Below, one piece after another: positions 39,950 to 50,635 of a stretch of DNA of 64,000 nt (position 1 is the first letter of the stretch; each line of letters opens with the position of its first letter). The stretch covers positions 6,882,001 to 6,946,000 of the forward strand of contig JBHGNT010000013.1 of NCBI GenBank assembly GCA_043228905.1, written 5' to 3'. This DNA is from Azolla caroliniana (taxonomy: Eukaryota; Plantae; Polypodiophyta). The notes below the pieces were generated by a model that was not told the DNA's origin, made no database searches, and worked only from the letters and a program-made list of their open reading frames with translations. Made by a program: the position numbers and the translations under genes.

Positions 39950-41647
39950 ATAAAGATGGAGGATTTGCTCATTGTTCGGGACCTGTATGAACCGATCGAC
40001 AGGTCGGAAATACCCAAGGGGGTACTTGAGACGGAATGGAGGCTTCTGAACCGGAAAGCCGTTGCAACCATTCGGCAATACGTCGACGTGAGCGTTCTAC
40101 AACATGTGGCGAACGACACCAACGCATATGAGATGTGGCAGAAGCTGTCGGGCCTCTACGAGAGGAAGAATGCGTTGAACCGGACCTCCCTGATGAGGAA
40201 GATAGTGAACCTCAAGTACCGGGACGGCGAGAGTATGGTGGAACACGTAAGCACGTTCATGGGATTCGTGAACCAGCTTGCAGCGATCAAGTTCCCGTTG
40301 GAGGATGCAATGCAAGCCATCATGCTGATGTGTACATTGCCGGAAAGCTGGGAGAACTTGGTGGTGACTCTCAGCACCTCCTGCACCGAAGATAACTTGT
40401 CCCTACAAACGGTAAAGACGAGCATTTTGAACGAAGAAGCGCGTCGGAGAGATAAAGAACCGGCCTCCGATCCGAAGATGCTGCTTACCGAATCGGATCG
40501 GGGAAGACAACGGAACCGGAGTCCGCAAAGACGGGAGAAGTCGGGGACCCGGTCGCAGTCAAGAGGAAGGCCCACATGCTTCCACTGTGGGAAGCCGGGG
40601 CACTTCCGAAAGAATTGTCGGCATTACCAAAAAGACAACGGAGCCGACGACACCGATTCGAAGAAGTCTTCGGAACGGAACGGTGCTTACCGGGGAGCCA
40701 CGGACCGGAATGGTTCGGATCGGCGAGGGCAGGACCGGAAAGGAACGACGACACTCGCGGCAAGTGAAGAGGAGATCATGCTCATCACCGAAGAAGGTGA
40801 ACTAAACATTGCCGGCGATGAGACTACCTGGGTGGTCGATTCCGGAGCGTCGTTCCACCTGACCCCGGAAAGAAGATACTTCTCATCCTACACAGCCGGT
40901 GAGCATGGCTGTGTTCGGATGGGAAATGAAGGTACGTGCCGGATTGCCGGCATAGGAGACGTGTGGTTGACAACCTCGACCGGATGCAAAATGTTGCTGA
41001 AGGATGTCCGACACGTTCCGGAGGTTCGATTGAACCTGATTTCGGCCGGGAGGCTAGACGATGAAGGCTACACAGGTAGCATCCGGAACTGCGTAATGAA
41101 GTTCAGCAAGGGGAGCCTGATAGTGGCTCGGGCCCGGAAAGTCAACACACTGTACCTTATGAATGCCTGGTTGTGTCTGTTACCGGCCGGCAAGGAGTCC
41201 AAAATACGGAGTGAAGGAATTAATTAGATATGGTTGTAAATGAGCATAGTGTGGACGGACGGACTGGAAACGGTATGCCGTTCCAGATCTGGACGGATCC
41301 CGAATAGGTGCGAGAGGCACCGTTTTGTACTACGGGCCGGAAACCTATTTAAAGGCCCGGACCCTATTGTAAGGATAGCGGATAATTAATACAGTTTATG
41401 ATGTTTACACTTTTGTCTTGATTTCCGTTCTGCAATCACTGTTATATCTTACGCGTGTAATTAACCAAGCAATCTAATCGCATAACCTACGTAAGTTGGT
41501 GTAATCGTTGAATCTTAATCCTATGCCGTAATCACCCTTTGGTGAAGTGTCTCCGTGACACCTTGTGTTAGGCCTTGTCCGGCTAAGATAATAACACAGT
41601 TTTGGCGACCACGATCCCTGCTTTCTCGCAGCGAACGACGGTAATGG

Positions 41648-44600
41648 ATGACTAGACCAACGCACGACTTGGGTACAGACCGAGCTCGACGCCTCGCCGA
41701 ACGGCAAAGACGGCGTGAGACTTTCCAGCAAGCAGCGCAGGAAATTCGCTCGGATCGTTCGTTCTCCAACGAGATCCGGAGAGTCGCGGAGGAATCTCTC
41801 CGGTTACGGCATACTCGCGACCAGGACGACGGAAGCAGTCTAAGTAGTCTCCGGGAAACCGAACGACTCCTGGAGGCGCTGGCAAGCGGAGAAAACAAGG
41901 CAGAAGCCTTTTCAGCCTACGAATCGGATTCCGAAGGGGGATACAGCGTGCACACGAACTACCGGAGCAGCAACGATACCCCCGGCGGCCCGGAAGACGA
42001 CGGGTCGGATACCGTGCCGACTCCAGAACCGGAACCGCTCAATCAGGACTATCCGGAACCACAAACGGAAGCCGTCAACCCACTAACACCGGAAGTGGAA
42101 GAAGCAAAGCCACCAACACCAACGAAAGAGCCGGCAAAGGTACCGGAAGAAGAGCCGGAAAAAGAACCGGAGGAAGGACCGGCAAAAGAACCGGAAGTGG
42201 AACCGGAGAAAGAACCGGAAAAATATCAACAAACGCCACTAAACCGCGGCTTAATACTGGACGACGACATGCCGTTCCAATACTCAAAATACCGCGATGA
42301 TCCGGATGCGGAAGCGCATGTGGATGACTTCGAGCAGACATGGGAAGCAAATCACACGTCCCAGCGAATGACACCGGAGGAAGAAGAACGCTCGAAGATA
42401 GCGGAATTCGGAGTAACGTTAGAAGGACCAGCGACACGATGGCGGCGGTCGCAGGACCCGGCGACCATCACAACATTTGCAGAATTAAAAGCAAAATTCT
42501 TGCATTTTTTCCACAAGGAGGTCGACCAGACGACAATGGTGGGCCTGTTTTATACGATCCGGCAGGAGGCAGGGGAAAGCATTCCCCAATTCGTCATCCG
42601 TTTTCAACGGATGCATAGCCAGCTTGCCCGTGCACCCCCGGAGGAGGAATTACGGACGATATTTTTAAATGCACTCCGGGAACCGTTACGCACGGTATGT
42701 ACGGTGATCGATTTTCGAGGATGCACCATCGATCAGGTCATTGACCGGGTCAGAGAAATGGAAAAGACAAGCTCATGGCTTACGCTGGGAACACTGCAAC
42801 GGGCGTTACCCACCGAGGAAGATCTCCGGTTCCGGCAGGCAATTCAATGCACAATCTGCTTGAATGCCGGACACTCGGCAGTAGAGTGCACCATGCGCAC
42901 TCAGTGTGTGATTTGTCAATCCAAGAGTCATACAACGGACCGGTGCGAGTATAACCTGTTAAACCGACAAGCACCACCCGTCCGACGGATCGAGCCAAGA
43001 AGTAGCCACGACGAAGAGGAAGATCGTTGGCAAAAAATGAACCGGTACCGACCGGCACAGGATGTCCGGTACGGAGACAGGCAAGAGAATGATGGCCGGT
43101 ACGGGAATCGGCGTGATAACTACGACCGGTATGAGCGATCGGACCGTTATCGAGAGCCCAACAGGCGACACGAGCAATACGACAGAGACCATTCCCCTGG
43201 TTACCGAAGGCACCAGGAAGACTATGGCCGATTTTACGATCCACCACGACCGGACTACCGAAATAAAAATAAGAATAATAAGAAACGTAATTTCAAGAAA
43301 GGTGGTCACCCTAGGGACCCGGAAAATGGAACCCCAAGGAGCCAACCGGCACAGAACGCACCACTCGCTACGGGACCGACTCCGGCTACCAGCAATGCTG
43401 AATCCAGCAATACCCGTAAAGAGTACTGCTACTACTGCAGGCAGGAAGGCCACTACAGTAACCAGTGCCCGGTAAAGAGCTACGAGAAACGACCAGCAGT
43501 TAATATGGTGGTTCCGGAAGTGGCGGATTTACAGCAAGTAACCACACGGTCGAAAGGCATAGCCAAAGAGTGGGAAACACAAGAGGCCATACGAAAGCAG
43601 GCGACGGAATGGGTGAAGGAAGCCAATGAAAAGAACGTCGCGGACGCGGAACGGCAAAAGGCAAATACCATAGGGAGTGCCGGCGGTAGCCACCCAGAAA
43701 ACGAGACATGGCAAGCACTGCAAGAATGTCAGATCACGTTGCCGTTAGGAAGACTCTTGCAGCTCGTGCCGCGATTTACGGAAGGGCTAAAAACGGGCAT
43801 GACAGACGGCATAGCCCCACCAGCACCAGTCCTCTTCTCGAACCCGGAGGAGGGACCGACGGTAGTGGACACTAGCAGTCCGGTGATTACAGCTATTGTC
43901 AAAGGGCACGAACTTCCCGGCACAGTAATCGATGGAGGTTCCGGGGTGAACGTAATAAGCCTCCGTACGTGTGATGCCTTGGGTATACATGAATGGGAGC
44001 CATGCCCGTTCTGGCTACGGATGGCGGATACGAGCTCGGTACGGCCGACGGGCTTAATACGGAAATTGGAAGTCACCATAGGAGGTCACACATTTCACAT
44101 CTCGGCTGTAGTGCTGCGGCTACACGCGCAAGGCGCGTACCCTCTGTTGCTGGGCAGACCATGGTTGAAAACAGCACACATCAAGCAAAATTGGCGGAAA
44201 AATATGATTACCTTCCGGCGCGGAAAAGCCAAGGTCCGGGTACCGACACAACCACGGCCGAGCAACGGTAAGGAATGCACACCGCTGTATGCCGAATGTG
44301 TGAATATGCTTGAAGGATTGGCAGACGACGAAGAAGCCCAGTACTTGGAGGAACACCCGAAGATCGTACCACTCTTCGAGATTGACGTAGCTGAAGCCGT
44401 AGCCGCATACTTGCCGCAGCGGGACGACACCGAAGCCGAACCAGACAAAGATGCGATTCGGGAATTACGGCAAGCACAGGAAGCGTTGGAACGGGAAATG
44501 GCCGTTTCCCAACGGGTAAAAACATCCCAGCTTGACGAAGTGAACCTAGGAAGCAAGGACGAATCAAACCCGGTTCACATCGCCAAAGAAATGAAGCCGG

Positions 44601-47512
44601 AAGATAAAGCGGCGATGATCAAACTTCTCACGGAGTTTCGCGACGTATTCGCCTGGTCATACGAGGACATGCGAGGGCTGGACCCTCAATTATATCAGCA
44701 TCAGATCCACTTAGGCAAGGACGCGAAACCAGTGGCGCAACGACGTTACCGAATGAACCCCAACTACGCCGCCAAAGTGAAGGAGGAAATCGACAAACTC
44801 CTAAGAGTGGGCTTCATCCGGCCGGTAAAGAAAGCGACGTGGCTGAGCCCCATCGTCGTCGTCCCAAAGAAGAACGGTAAAATCCGTGTGTGTGTAGATT
44901 ACAGGAAACTAAATGCCGCCACAATTACGGATGCATTCCCTCTTCCGTTCACGGATGGAGTACTGGATGCCGTCGCCGGTCATGAAGTTTATAGCTTTCT
45001 AGACGGGTTCAGCGGGTACAATCAAATTCGGATGCACCCGGACGACCAGGAGAAGACAGCGTTCGTCACCGAATGGGGGGTGTTTGTGGCCGAAGTCATG
45101 ATGTTCGGCCTAAAAACGGCACCAGCAACTTTCCAGCGAATCATCATGGAGATCTTCGGCGAATACATTCCTGCCTTCATGCAAGTTTTCCTGGATGATT
45201 TTGCAGTCTATAGCCGGGGAAAAGACCATTTGCAGCACCTACGGTTATGCCTTGAAAAGTGTAGGTTATACCGGCTAAGCTTAAACCCAGCAAAATGCAT
45301 CTTTGGAGTTTCAAGTGGAATATTGCTGGGACACATTGTAAGTAAGGAGGGCATTGCGGTCGACCCGGACAAAGTAAACACCATACTAGGGGCACCGGCG
45401 CCGAAAACGGCCAAAGCACTAAGCCGATTCTTAGGACAGATCCGGTGGCACAGCCGGATGCTCCGTCACTTGGCTGACTTGGCTACACCATTACACACCG
45501 CGGTACATCGGACACCGTTCCAATGGACGGATACGGAGGATAAGGCATACAATGCCCTGAAGGTACTTTTATCGCAAGCACCCGTCGTGCAGCCTCCGGA
45601 TTGGAGCAAGGAATTTCACGTGTTCGTGGACGCATCCGACAGCGCTATTGGCAGTGCCTTAATGCAGCTTACGGAGCCCAAATGGTACCGGCCGGTATAT
45701 TACGCCAGCCGGAAGCTGTCCCAAGCGGAGAAGAACTATTCAACGACGGAACGGGAGGCCCTGGGCATGATCTACAGTGTAACAAAGTTTCGGCATTACC
45801 TATTGGGAAGGAAGTTCTCCTTTCATGTGGACCACTCGGCGCTCTTGTACTTAGTGTCCAAGGCGTCCCTGACCGGTAAGTTGGCCCGATGGACCTTGCT
45901 GTTGCAGGAGTTCGAATTCGAGATTTTCCACCGGCCCGGTATCCAGCATGCCGTAGCAGACTATCTAAGCCGATTAGAGTCCGGAGAACCAGGCGACGGA
46001 GTAGCGGATGAATTCCCGGACGCGGAGTTATTCCGTATCACCCCGGAAACGGCAGCGGACGACACGGTGGCATCAGAAGATAAATGGCTGACAAACATGC
46101 ACCAGTTCCTAAGCACGGGCCTGCCACCGGAAGAAATGAACCGGGATGAGAGGAAACGACTAGCGGTGCAGAGCCGCAATTTTTGTCTGTTACGGGACAC
46201 TCTCTACCACAAAGGAGCAGATGGAATATGGCGACGGGCAGTCCGAAGTGACGAGAAAGAAGTAATCTTACGGGAAGCACACTGTGGGGTTGCCGGAGGA
46301 CACTATGCCGGGGAAGCGACGGCGAGGAAAGTATGGCAGAGCGGCTTGTGGTGGCCCACGACGTTAAAAGACGCCGTCATGTATGCTAAGGAATGTGACC
46401 TATGCCAACGAATGGGCCAGCCTACGGAGCAAGCACGGATGCCACACCAACCGGTACTTCCACTAGAGCCATTCCAAAAGTGGGGGTTGGATTTTGTCGG
46501 ACCGTTCAAGCCACCGGCAATGAGAACGGGTAATCGTTATGTCATCGTGGCAACGGATTATTGCACGAAATGGGTGGAAGCTAAGGCCCTGAGAGACAAC
46601 ACCGCGTCATCCACAGCAAAATTCCTGTACGAGAACATTTGGTGCCGATATGGATGTCCGATTGAATTGATCAGCGACCAAGGAGGGCATTTCCTCGGCC
46701 AGGTAGTGGAAAGCTTAACAACGTTCTATGCCGTGGTCCATAAACGAAGCACACCGTACTACCCACAGGCGAACGGGTTAGCAGAGTCCACCAACAAAAC
46801 GCTGCAGAACATTCTCCGCAAAATTGTCAATGAAAACCGGACGGACTGGGACACAAAGCTCCATAGTGCGCTATGGGCGTACAGAACGGCATACAAAACG
46901 AGTATCCGGACAACGCCGTTCCGGTTAGCATTCGGCTTAGAAGCGGTCATGGCGGTCGAGTTTCAGGTACCAAGCTTACGGATCCAACTACGGGAACGGC
47001 TGAATGAAAAGAAGTCGGAGGAAATACGGCTAGCAGCACTATGCGAACTGGAGGAGCAACGGCTGGCCAGCATCCTCCACATGGAACTGGAGCAACGACG
47101 ACGGAAAGCATTCGTTGACCGTCACCGGAAAGGTAACGAAAAGATGTTCGAAATCGGGAAGCTGGTTCTAGTATTCCAAACGAGGATGGGCAAAATGCCG
47201 GGTAAACTCCGGTTCAGATGGACAGGTCTGTATTGGCTGACAAGGGAATACAACGGGTCCTATCAGATAGGGACACTTGCCGGGGAAGTACTAGGCAAGT
47301 GGGTGAATGGATTTCGACTAAAGCCCTATAAAGGACCGATGCCAAAGAACCCGTTTATGCAGCTCACCGGCACTACACCAGGAACCTGTCCGGGATCGGT
47401 ACGTGTCGATCCGGAAGAAAAAGACGACGGGGAACCCGTAGTAGAGACGAAGGAAGACACGGCAACCCGTAAGGAAAACGGTCAGGGTCCGAAGGGACCT
47501 ACGGATGTGTAA
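41648..47512 (+). CDS. Intact gag-pol polyprotein of element B (1954 aa)
   Basis: Single ORF: gag, CCHC knuckles, PR VIDGGSG, RT VFLDD, RNase H with D/E/D/D residues, HHCC and DDE integrase, no chromodomain. Confidence 0.96.
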   Translation: MTRPTHDLGTDRARRLAERQRRRETFQQAAQEIRSDRSFSNEIRRVAEESLRLRHTRDQDDGSSLSSLRETERLLEALASGENKAEAFSAYESDSEGGYSVHTNYRSSNDTPGGPEDDGSDTVPTPEPEPLNQDYPEPQTEAVNPLTPEVEEAKPPTPTKEPAKVPEEEPEKEPEEGPAKEPEVEPEKEPEKYQQTPLNRGLILDDDMPFQYSKYRDDPDAEAHVDDFEQTWEANHTSQRMTPEEEERSKIAEFGVTLEGPATRWRRSQDPATITTFAELKAKFLHFFHKEVDQTTMVGLFYTIRQEAGESIPQFVIRFQRMHSQLARAPPEEELRTIFLNALREPLRTVCTVIDFRGCTIDQVIDRVREMEKTSSWLTLGTLQRALPTEEDLRFRQAIQCTICLNAGHSAVECTMRTQCVICQSKSHTTDRCEYNLLNRQAPPVRRIEPRSSHDEEEDRWQKMNRYRPAQDVRYGDRQENDGRYGNRRDNYDRYERSDRYREPNRRHEQYDRDHSPGYRRHQEDYGRFYDPPRPDYRNKNKNNKKRNFKKGGHPRDPENGTPRSQPAQNAPLATGPTPATSNAESSNTRKEYCYYCRQEGHYSNQCPVKSYEKRPAVNMVVPEVADLQQVTTRSKGIAKEWETQEAIRKQATEWVKEANEKNVADAERQKANTIGSAGGSHPENETWQALQECQITLPLGRLLQLVPRFTEGLKTGMTDGIAPPAPVLFSNPEEGPTVVDTSSPVITAIVKGHELPGTVIDGGSGVNVISLRTCDALGIHEWEPCPFWLRMADTSSVRPTGLIRKLEVTIGGHTFHISAVVLRLHAQGAYPLLLGRPWLKTAHIKQNWRKNMITFRRGKAKVRVPTQPRPSNGKECTPLYAECVNMLEGLADDEEAQYLEEHPKIVPLFEIDVAEAVAAYLPQRDDTEAEPDKDAIRELRQAQEALEREMAVSQRVKTSQLDEVNLGSKDESNPVHIAKEMKPEDKAAMIKLLTEFRDVFAWSYEDMRGLDPQLYQHQIHLGKDAKPVAQRRYRMNPNYAAKVKEEIDKLLRVGFIRPVKKATWLSPIVVVPKKNGKIRVCVDYRKLNAATITDAFPLPFTDGVLDAVAGHEVYSFLDGFSGYNQIRMHPDDQEKTAFVTEWGVFVAEVMMFGLKTAPATFQRIIMEIFGEYIPAFMQVFLDDFAVYSRGKDHLQHLRLCLEKCRLYRLSLNPAKCIFGVSSGILLGHIVSKEGIAVDPDKVNTILGAPAPKTAKALSRFLGQIRWHSRMLRHLADLATPLHTAVHRTPFQWTDTEDKAYNALKVLLSQAPVVQPPDWSKEFHVFVDASDSAIGSALMQLTEPKWYRPVYYASRKLSQAEKNYSTTEREALGMIYSVTKFRHYLLGRKFSFHVDHSALLYLVSKASLTGKLARWTLLLQEFEFEIFHRPGIQHAVADYLSRLESGEPGDGVADEFPDAELFRITPETAADDTVASEDKWLTNMHQFLSTGLPPEEMNRDERKRLAVQSRNFCLLRDTLYHKGADGIWRRAVRSDEKEVILREAHCGVAGGHYAGEATARKVWQSGLWWPTTLKDAVMYAKECDLCQRMGQPTEQARMPHQPVLPLEPFQKWGLDFVGPFKPPAMRTGNRYVIVATDYCTKWVEAKALRDNTASSTAKFLYENIWCRYGCPIELISDQGGHFLGQVVESLTTFYAVVHKRSTPYYPQANGLAESTNKTLQNILRKIVNENRTDWDTKLHSALWAYRTAYKTSIRTTPFRLAFGLEAVMAVEFQVPSLRIQLRERLNEKKSEEIRLAALCELEEQRLASILHMELEQRRRKAFVDRHRKGNEKMFEIGKLVLVFQTRMGKMPGKLRFRWTGLYWLTREYNGSYQIGTLAGEVLGKWVNGFRLKPYKGPMPKNPFMQLTGTTPGTCPGSVRVDPEEKDDGEPVVETKEDTATRKENGQGPKGPTDV

Positions 47513-47533
47513 GGTCACACACCGTCATTAAAA

Positions 47534-47538
<5 letters not shown>

Positions 47539-47580
<42 letters not shown>
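47539..47580 (+). repeat. Poly(A) tract (about 42 nt) between pol and ORF2
   Basis: Direct reading. An A-rich tract sits at the equivalent position in element A (15065-15155, minus strand). Confidence 0.9.
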
Positions 47581-47581
<1 letters not shown>

Positions 47582-47906
47582 ATTAAAAATCGAGGTATGA
47601 ACGGGTGTGAAAGCAAGGCGCGAAAAGGTACGTAGTGGGCATTTAAGAGACGCCACGCTACTTAATACTAAATTGGTACACGACGTGTGCATGCTCGAAA
47701 AAGGCGCCAAAACGCACAAAGAAGAAGCAGAACGCATGGAGACCTTTTCATTTCGCGAACCAAGAAGCACAGAAGCACCAAGACAGTGGAAGCTGAGCAA
47801 ACGCGAACCTGCACGCAGAGAACCCCCGCGCTCAGAACGCTCTCTCTCTCGCTCTCACTCTCATCACCACTCTACCTCGCCATCTTCCCTCGACCTTGAA
47901 GCAGAC

Positions 47907-50585
47907 ATGGAACCACAAACGCTGTCGGAAGCGGCCAGGAAATGGTTCAGGCAAAACGGACTGGAGGGGTTCTTGGCCATCATGGAGGCACCGCCGCACA
48001 GAGAAGCCGACCGGGTCATCAAGGAGCTCGCCACAGAGGTCATCACCGAGGAGGCGATCCGCGCGCTAACAGGCCTTCCGGAGGGAGGAATCTTTCAGAT
48101 CGATAACCCAACCTCGGAGCAACTCATCCGATATTTTGGTGAGTACTCTGTTGCCGGCAAAGGCTATCGGACGCAGGGCGGCGAAGATCCGCTATTCAGG
48201 GAGATAGCTCGAGTGCTCCATGAGTACGGTCACGTGTACCCCCGACCCCCTGTCATGCCAAAAAATCGGGCAGGGATGATCATAGCCACCTATGAAGGGA
48301 TCAAGGTGGACTGGCCGGTGTTGATTGCAGACGGGTTGTGCATGGCAATCGACATGATACGAGGGAAGGACGGCAAGGAGGGCCGGAGGCTGTGGCACGC
48401 CATAGCTCAATGGATAACATTGCTCGTGCCGCCGGTCGAGACCGCCCAGCCAAAGAAGCGGCCAAGAATATCGGAAGGAAGCACCTCGAAGCCGGCGTCC
48501 AAACGACAGCAGCTGCTGGCGTCGAAGGCGACGAAAGGGAAGAAACGGGTCCCAGAACCGGAGGAGGTGTCACCGGTCCGACCCGTCAAGATAACCTTAC
48601 GGAGACCGGGACAGAAGGAACCGGAACCCTTGACGGCACAGAAACATGCCGTGACACAGTAAGAGGAAACGGAGGAGCCAGAAGAGCACCTCCAACGACG
48701 GTCAAGAAGTAGGACCGCCGAGATAGGAGGGGAGCGGTCGTACCCGCGAGAGGCAGAAACGCCCCCAACTCAACCTGAGCAAACCACAAGGGAAGAACCG
48801 GAACCGGTGCGTAGGGAACCGGTCTTGGCAACTTCTATAGAAGAAGTCATGCCAACGGCTCCGGAGACGGCGGGCACCGGAACACAACAGCCGGCGAGCA
48901 CAGCCAGAGCACATGGCGGCCAAGGAGTATAACCAGAATGGCATATGCAGGCACTCAGGCCAGACAATTCCACAGTGAAGGAGCCGACCCGACCAGTACA
49001 GCAACAAGGCAGCGGTAGCATGTGGCTACGGTGGGTAGGCGAGCAAATCGCCGGAGTGGTTGAGTATATAGAGTTGGAAGAGAGAGCGCACCAGGAACGG
49101 TTGCTCGTCACAACCGTAGATCTAGAGACGGCCCGGTGCAGAATCCGGAACCTTGAACAAGACTTGGACAGGGTCACAAGGGAAACACAAGTCCAAGCAC
49201 CGGTGACTCCGGGCAATGTACAGAATAAAGTGTCAGATCAACCTGTACATAGCAATCAGACCCCGGCAACGGAAACCGTTCCGGAGAGAAATGCGGCACA
49301 AGCCCAAGAGCTTGCGGATTTAAAGGATGAGCTTGCTGCCCAAGAAGCGCTGAGGAGCCGCGAAAGAGAATTGAAGACGGCAGCGGAGGCAGAACTCCAA
49401 AAGACTGCTGAGAATCTACGCCGGGCCGAGGAGGGCTTACGGAAAGGCCACCAAGCGTACGACCGGCTCAAGGAGGAGAAGGAGAAAATGCTGCAAGAGA
49501 AGGAGAGGCTCCGGAGGAACGCCGAAACAGAAGTAGAGCGCCTGAAAGAGGAACTCCGGCAGGTAAAGGACCGGGAGGACCGGAACCATCGCCAGATTAA
49601 CGGCAAGCTCAAACTAAAAACAGAGGAATTTGAGAACTTGCACCGGGAGTATAAACGGTTGCAAACGGAGCACAAGGAACGGATGGATGAGCTCCGGCAA
49701 GCAGTTGATCGGACCGCAACCGCATTCGCCAAGGAACAAGCGGAAAACAGAAGACGGTTGGAAGAGGCGGAGAAGGTTCGGACAGAGCTCCTCAGGCAAC
49801 AGCAGGCGGAAAAAGAAAGAGCGGCGGAGGTACTGCAGAGGCTGCAAACGACATATCAAGGGCAGCTGACGCGCTACAGGGAGCAGGCGGAGGATACGGC
49901 AAATCTCATTAAGCAGTTGAAGGAGGAGCGACAAGTGGTGGAAAGCAGAGCACAAATGGGAGCAAGTCGCATCCAGGATATAATGCGGGCCTGGTTGAAC
50001 CAGACCAAGAGCTTGATTGATAACGGGTCCGTCAAATGGTGGACCAAGTGGGCCACGAACGCGGCGGAACTCCAATTGCTCCGGGCTGACGTAGAGAACC
50101 GGCGGAAGGAGGGAGATGATTGCTATATGCTGACTTCCGAAGACTTCACCGGCATAAGAGATGAGCTTGCCGAAGACTTTCAAGCCTTGGCAGAGGACCA
50201 ACTAGAGCAAGTCCGGCAACTTGTAGCTCAGCTGGACGACGACAGGCTGGAGGCGCAGATCCAGTTTGAAAGCTACGAGAGGTCCCGGATCCGAGGAGAG
50301 AAAGAACGAGAACCAGTTACGGTCAACCTCAGTGATGAGGAACCGTTACTGGAAGGAGACCGGACCGGAAGCAGTCAAACGGAGATGCCGGAGCCAGAGA
50401 GACAAACGGAGCAGTCGGAGTCAGCGAAACAAATGGAGCAGCAGCAGCAAGCAGAGCAGCCGGGGCAGCCTCAGGCCCAACCTCAACCACAGCAGCAGCA
50501 GGAAGCACAGCCGCAACAACCACAACCGAAAGAACAAGCGGAAATTCTTGAACCAAGTATTTTGGACAATTTGGGTGAACAATGA
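47907..50585 (+). pseudogene. Extra ORF2 of element B (about 892 codons, two in-frame TAA near 48660 and 48930); globular N-domain plus long coiled coil
   Basis: ORFs 47607-48662 and 48945-50585 are in the same frame and the gap reads open apart from the two stops. Homologous to 13610-14688. Confidence 0.85.
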
Positions 50586-50597
50586 AGGGGCCGAGAA

Positions 50598-50635
50598 GGG
50601 TTCGACGTACAAGGTACTGTCCCACGGGCGTGCCA
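50598..50635 (-). promoter_or_regulatory. Inverted tRNA-Arg-type primer-binding site replacing the PPT of element B
   Basis: Plus strand GGGTTCGA-[CGTACAAGGTACT]-GTCCCACGGGCGTGCCA-TG|TGTTACC (LTR). Confidence 0.75.

Noticed and set aside
41597-41602. 5-6 nt gap between LTR and PBS in A, B and C
   Set aside because: Longer spacers are, to my knowledge, usual in Athila/Tat-type elements.
50584-50600. Purine-rich GAAGGGGCCGAGAAGGG as the PPT of element B
   Set aside because: It lies about 37 nt from the LTR, is interrupted by CC, and is poorly purine-conserved in A. A PPT must adjoin U3. Kept only as an alternative to test.
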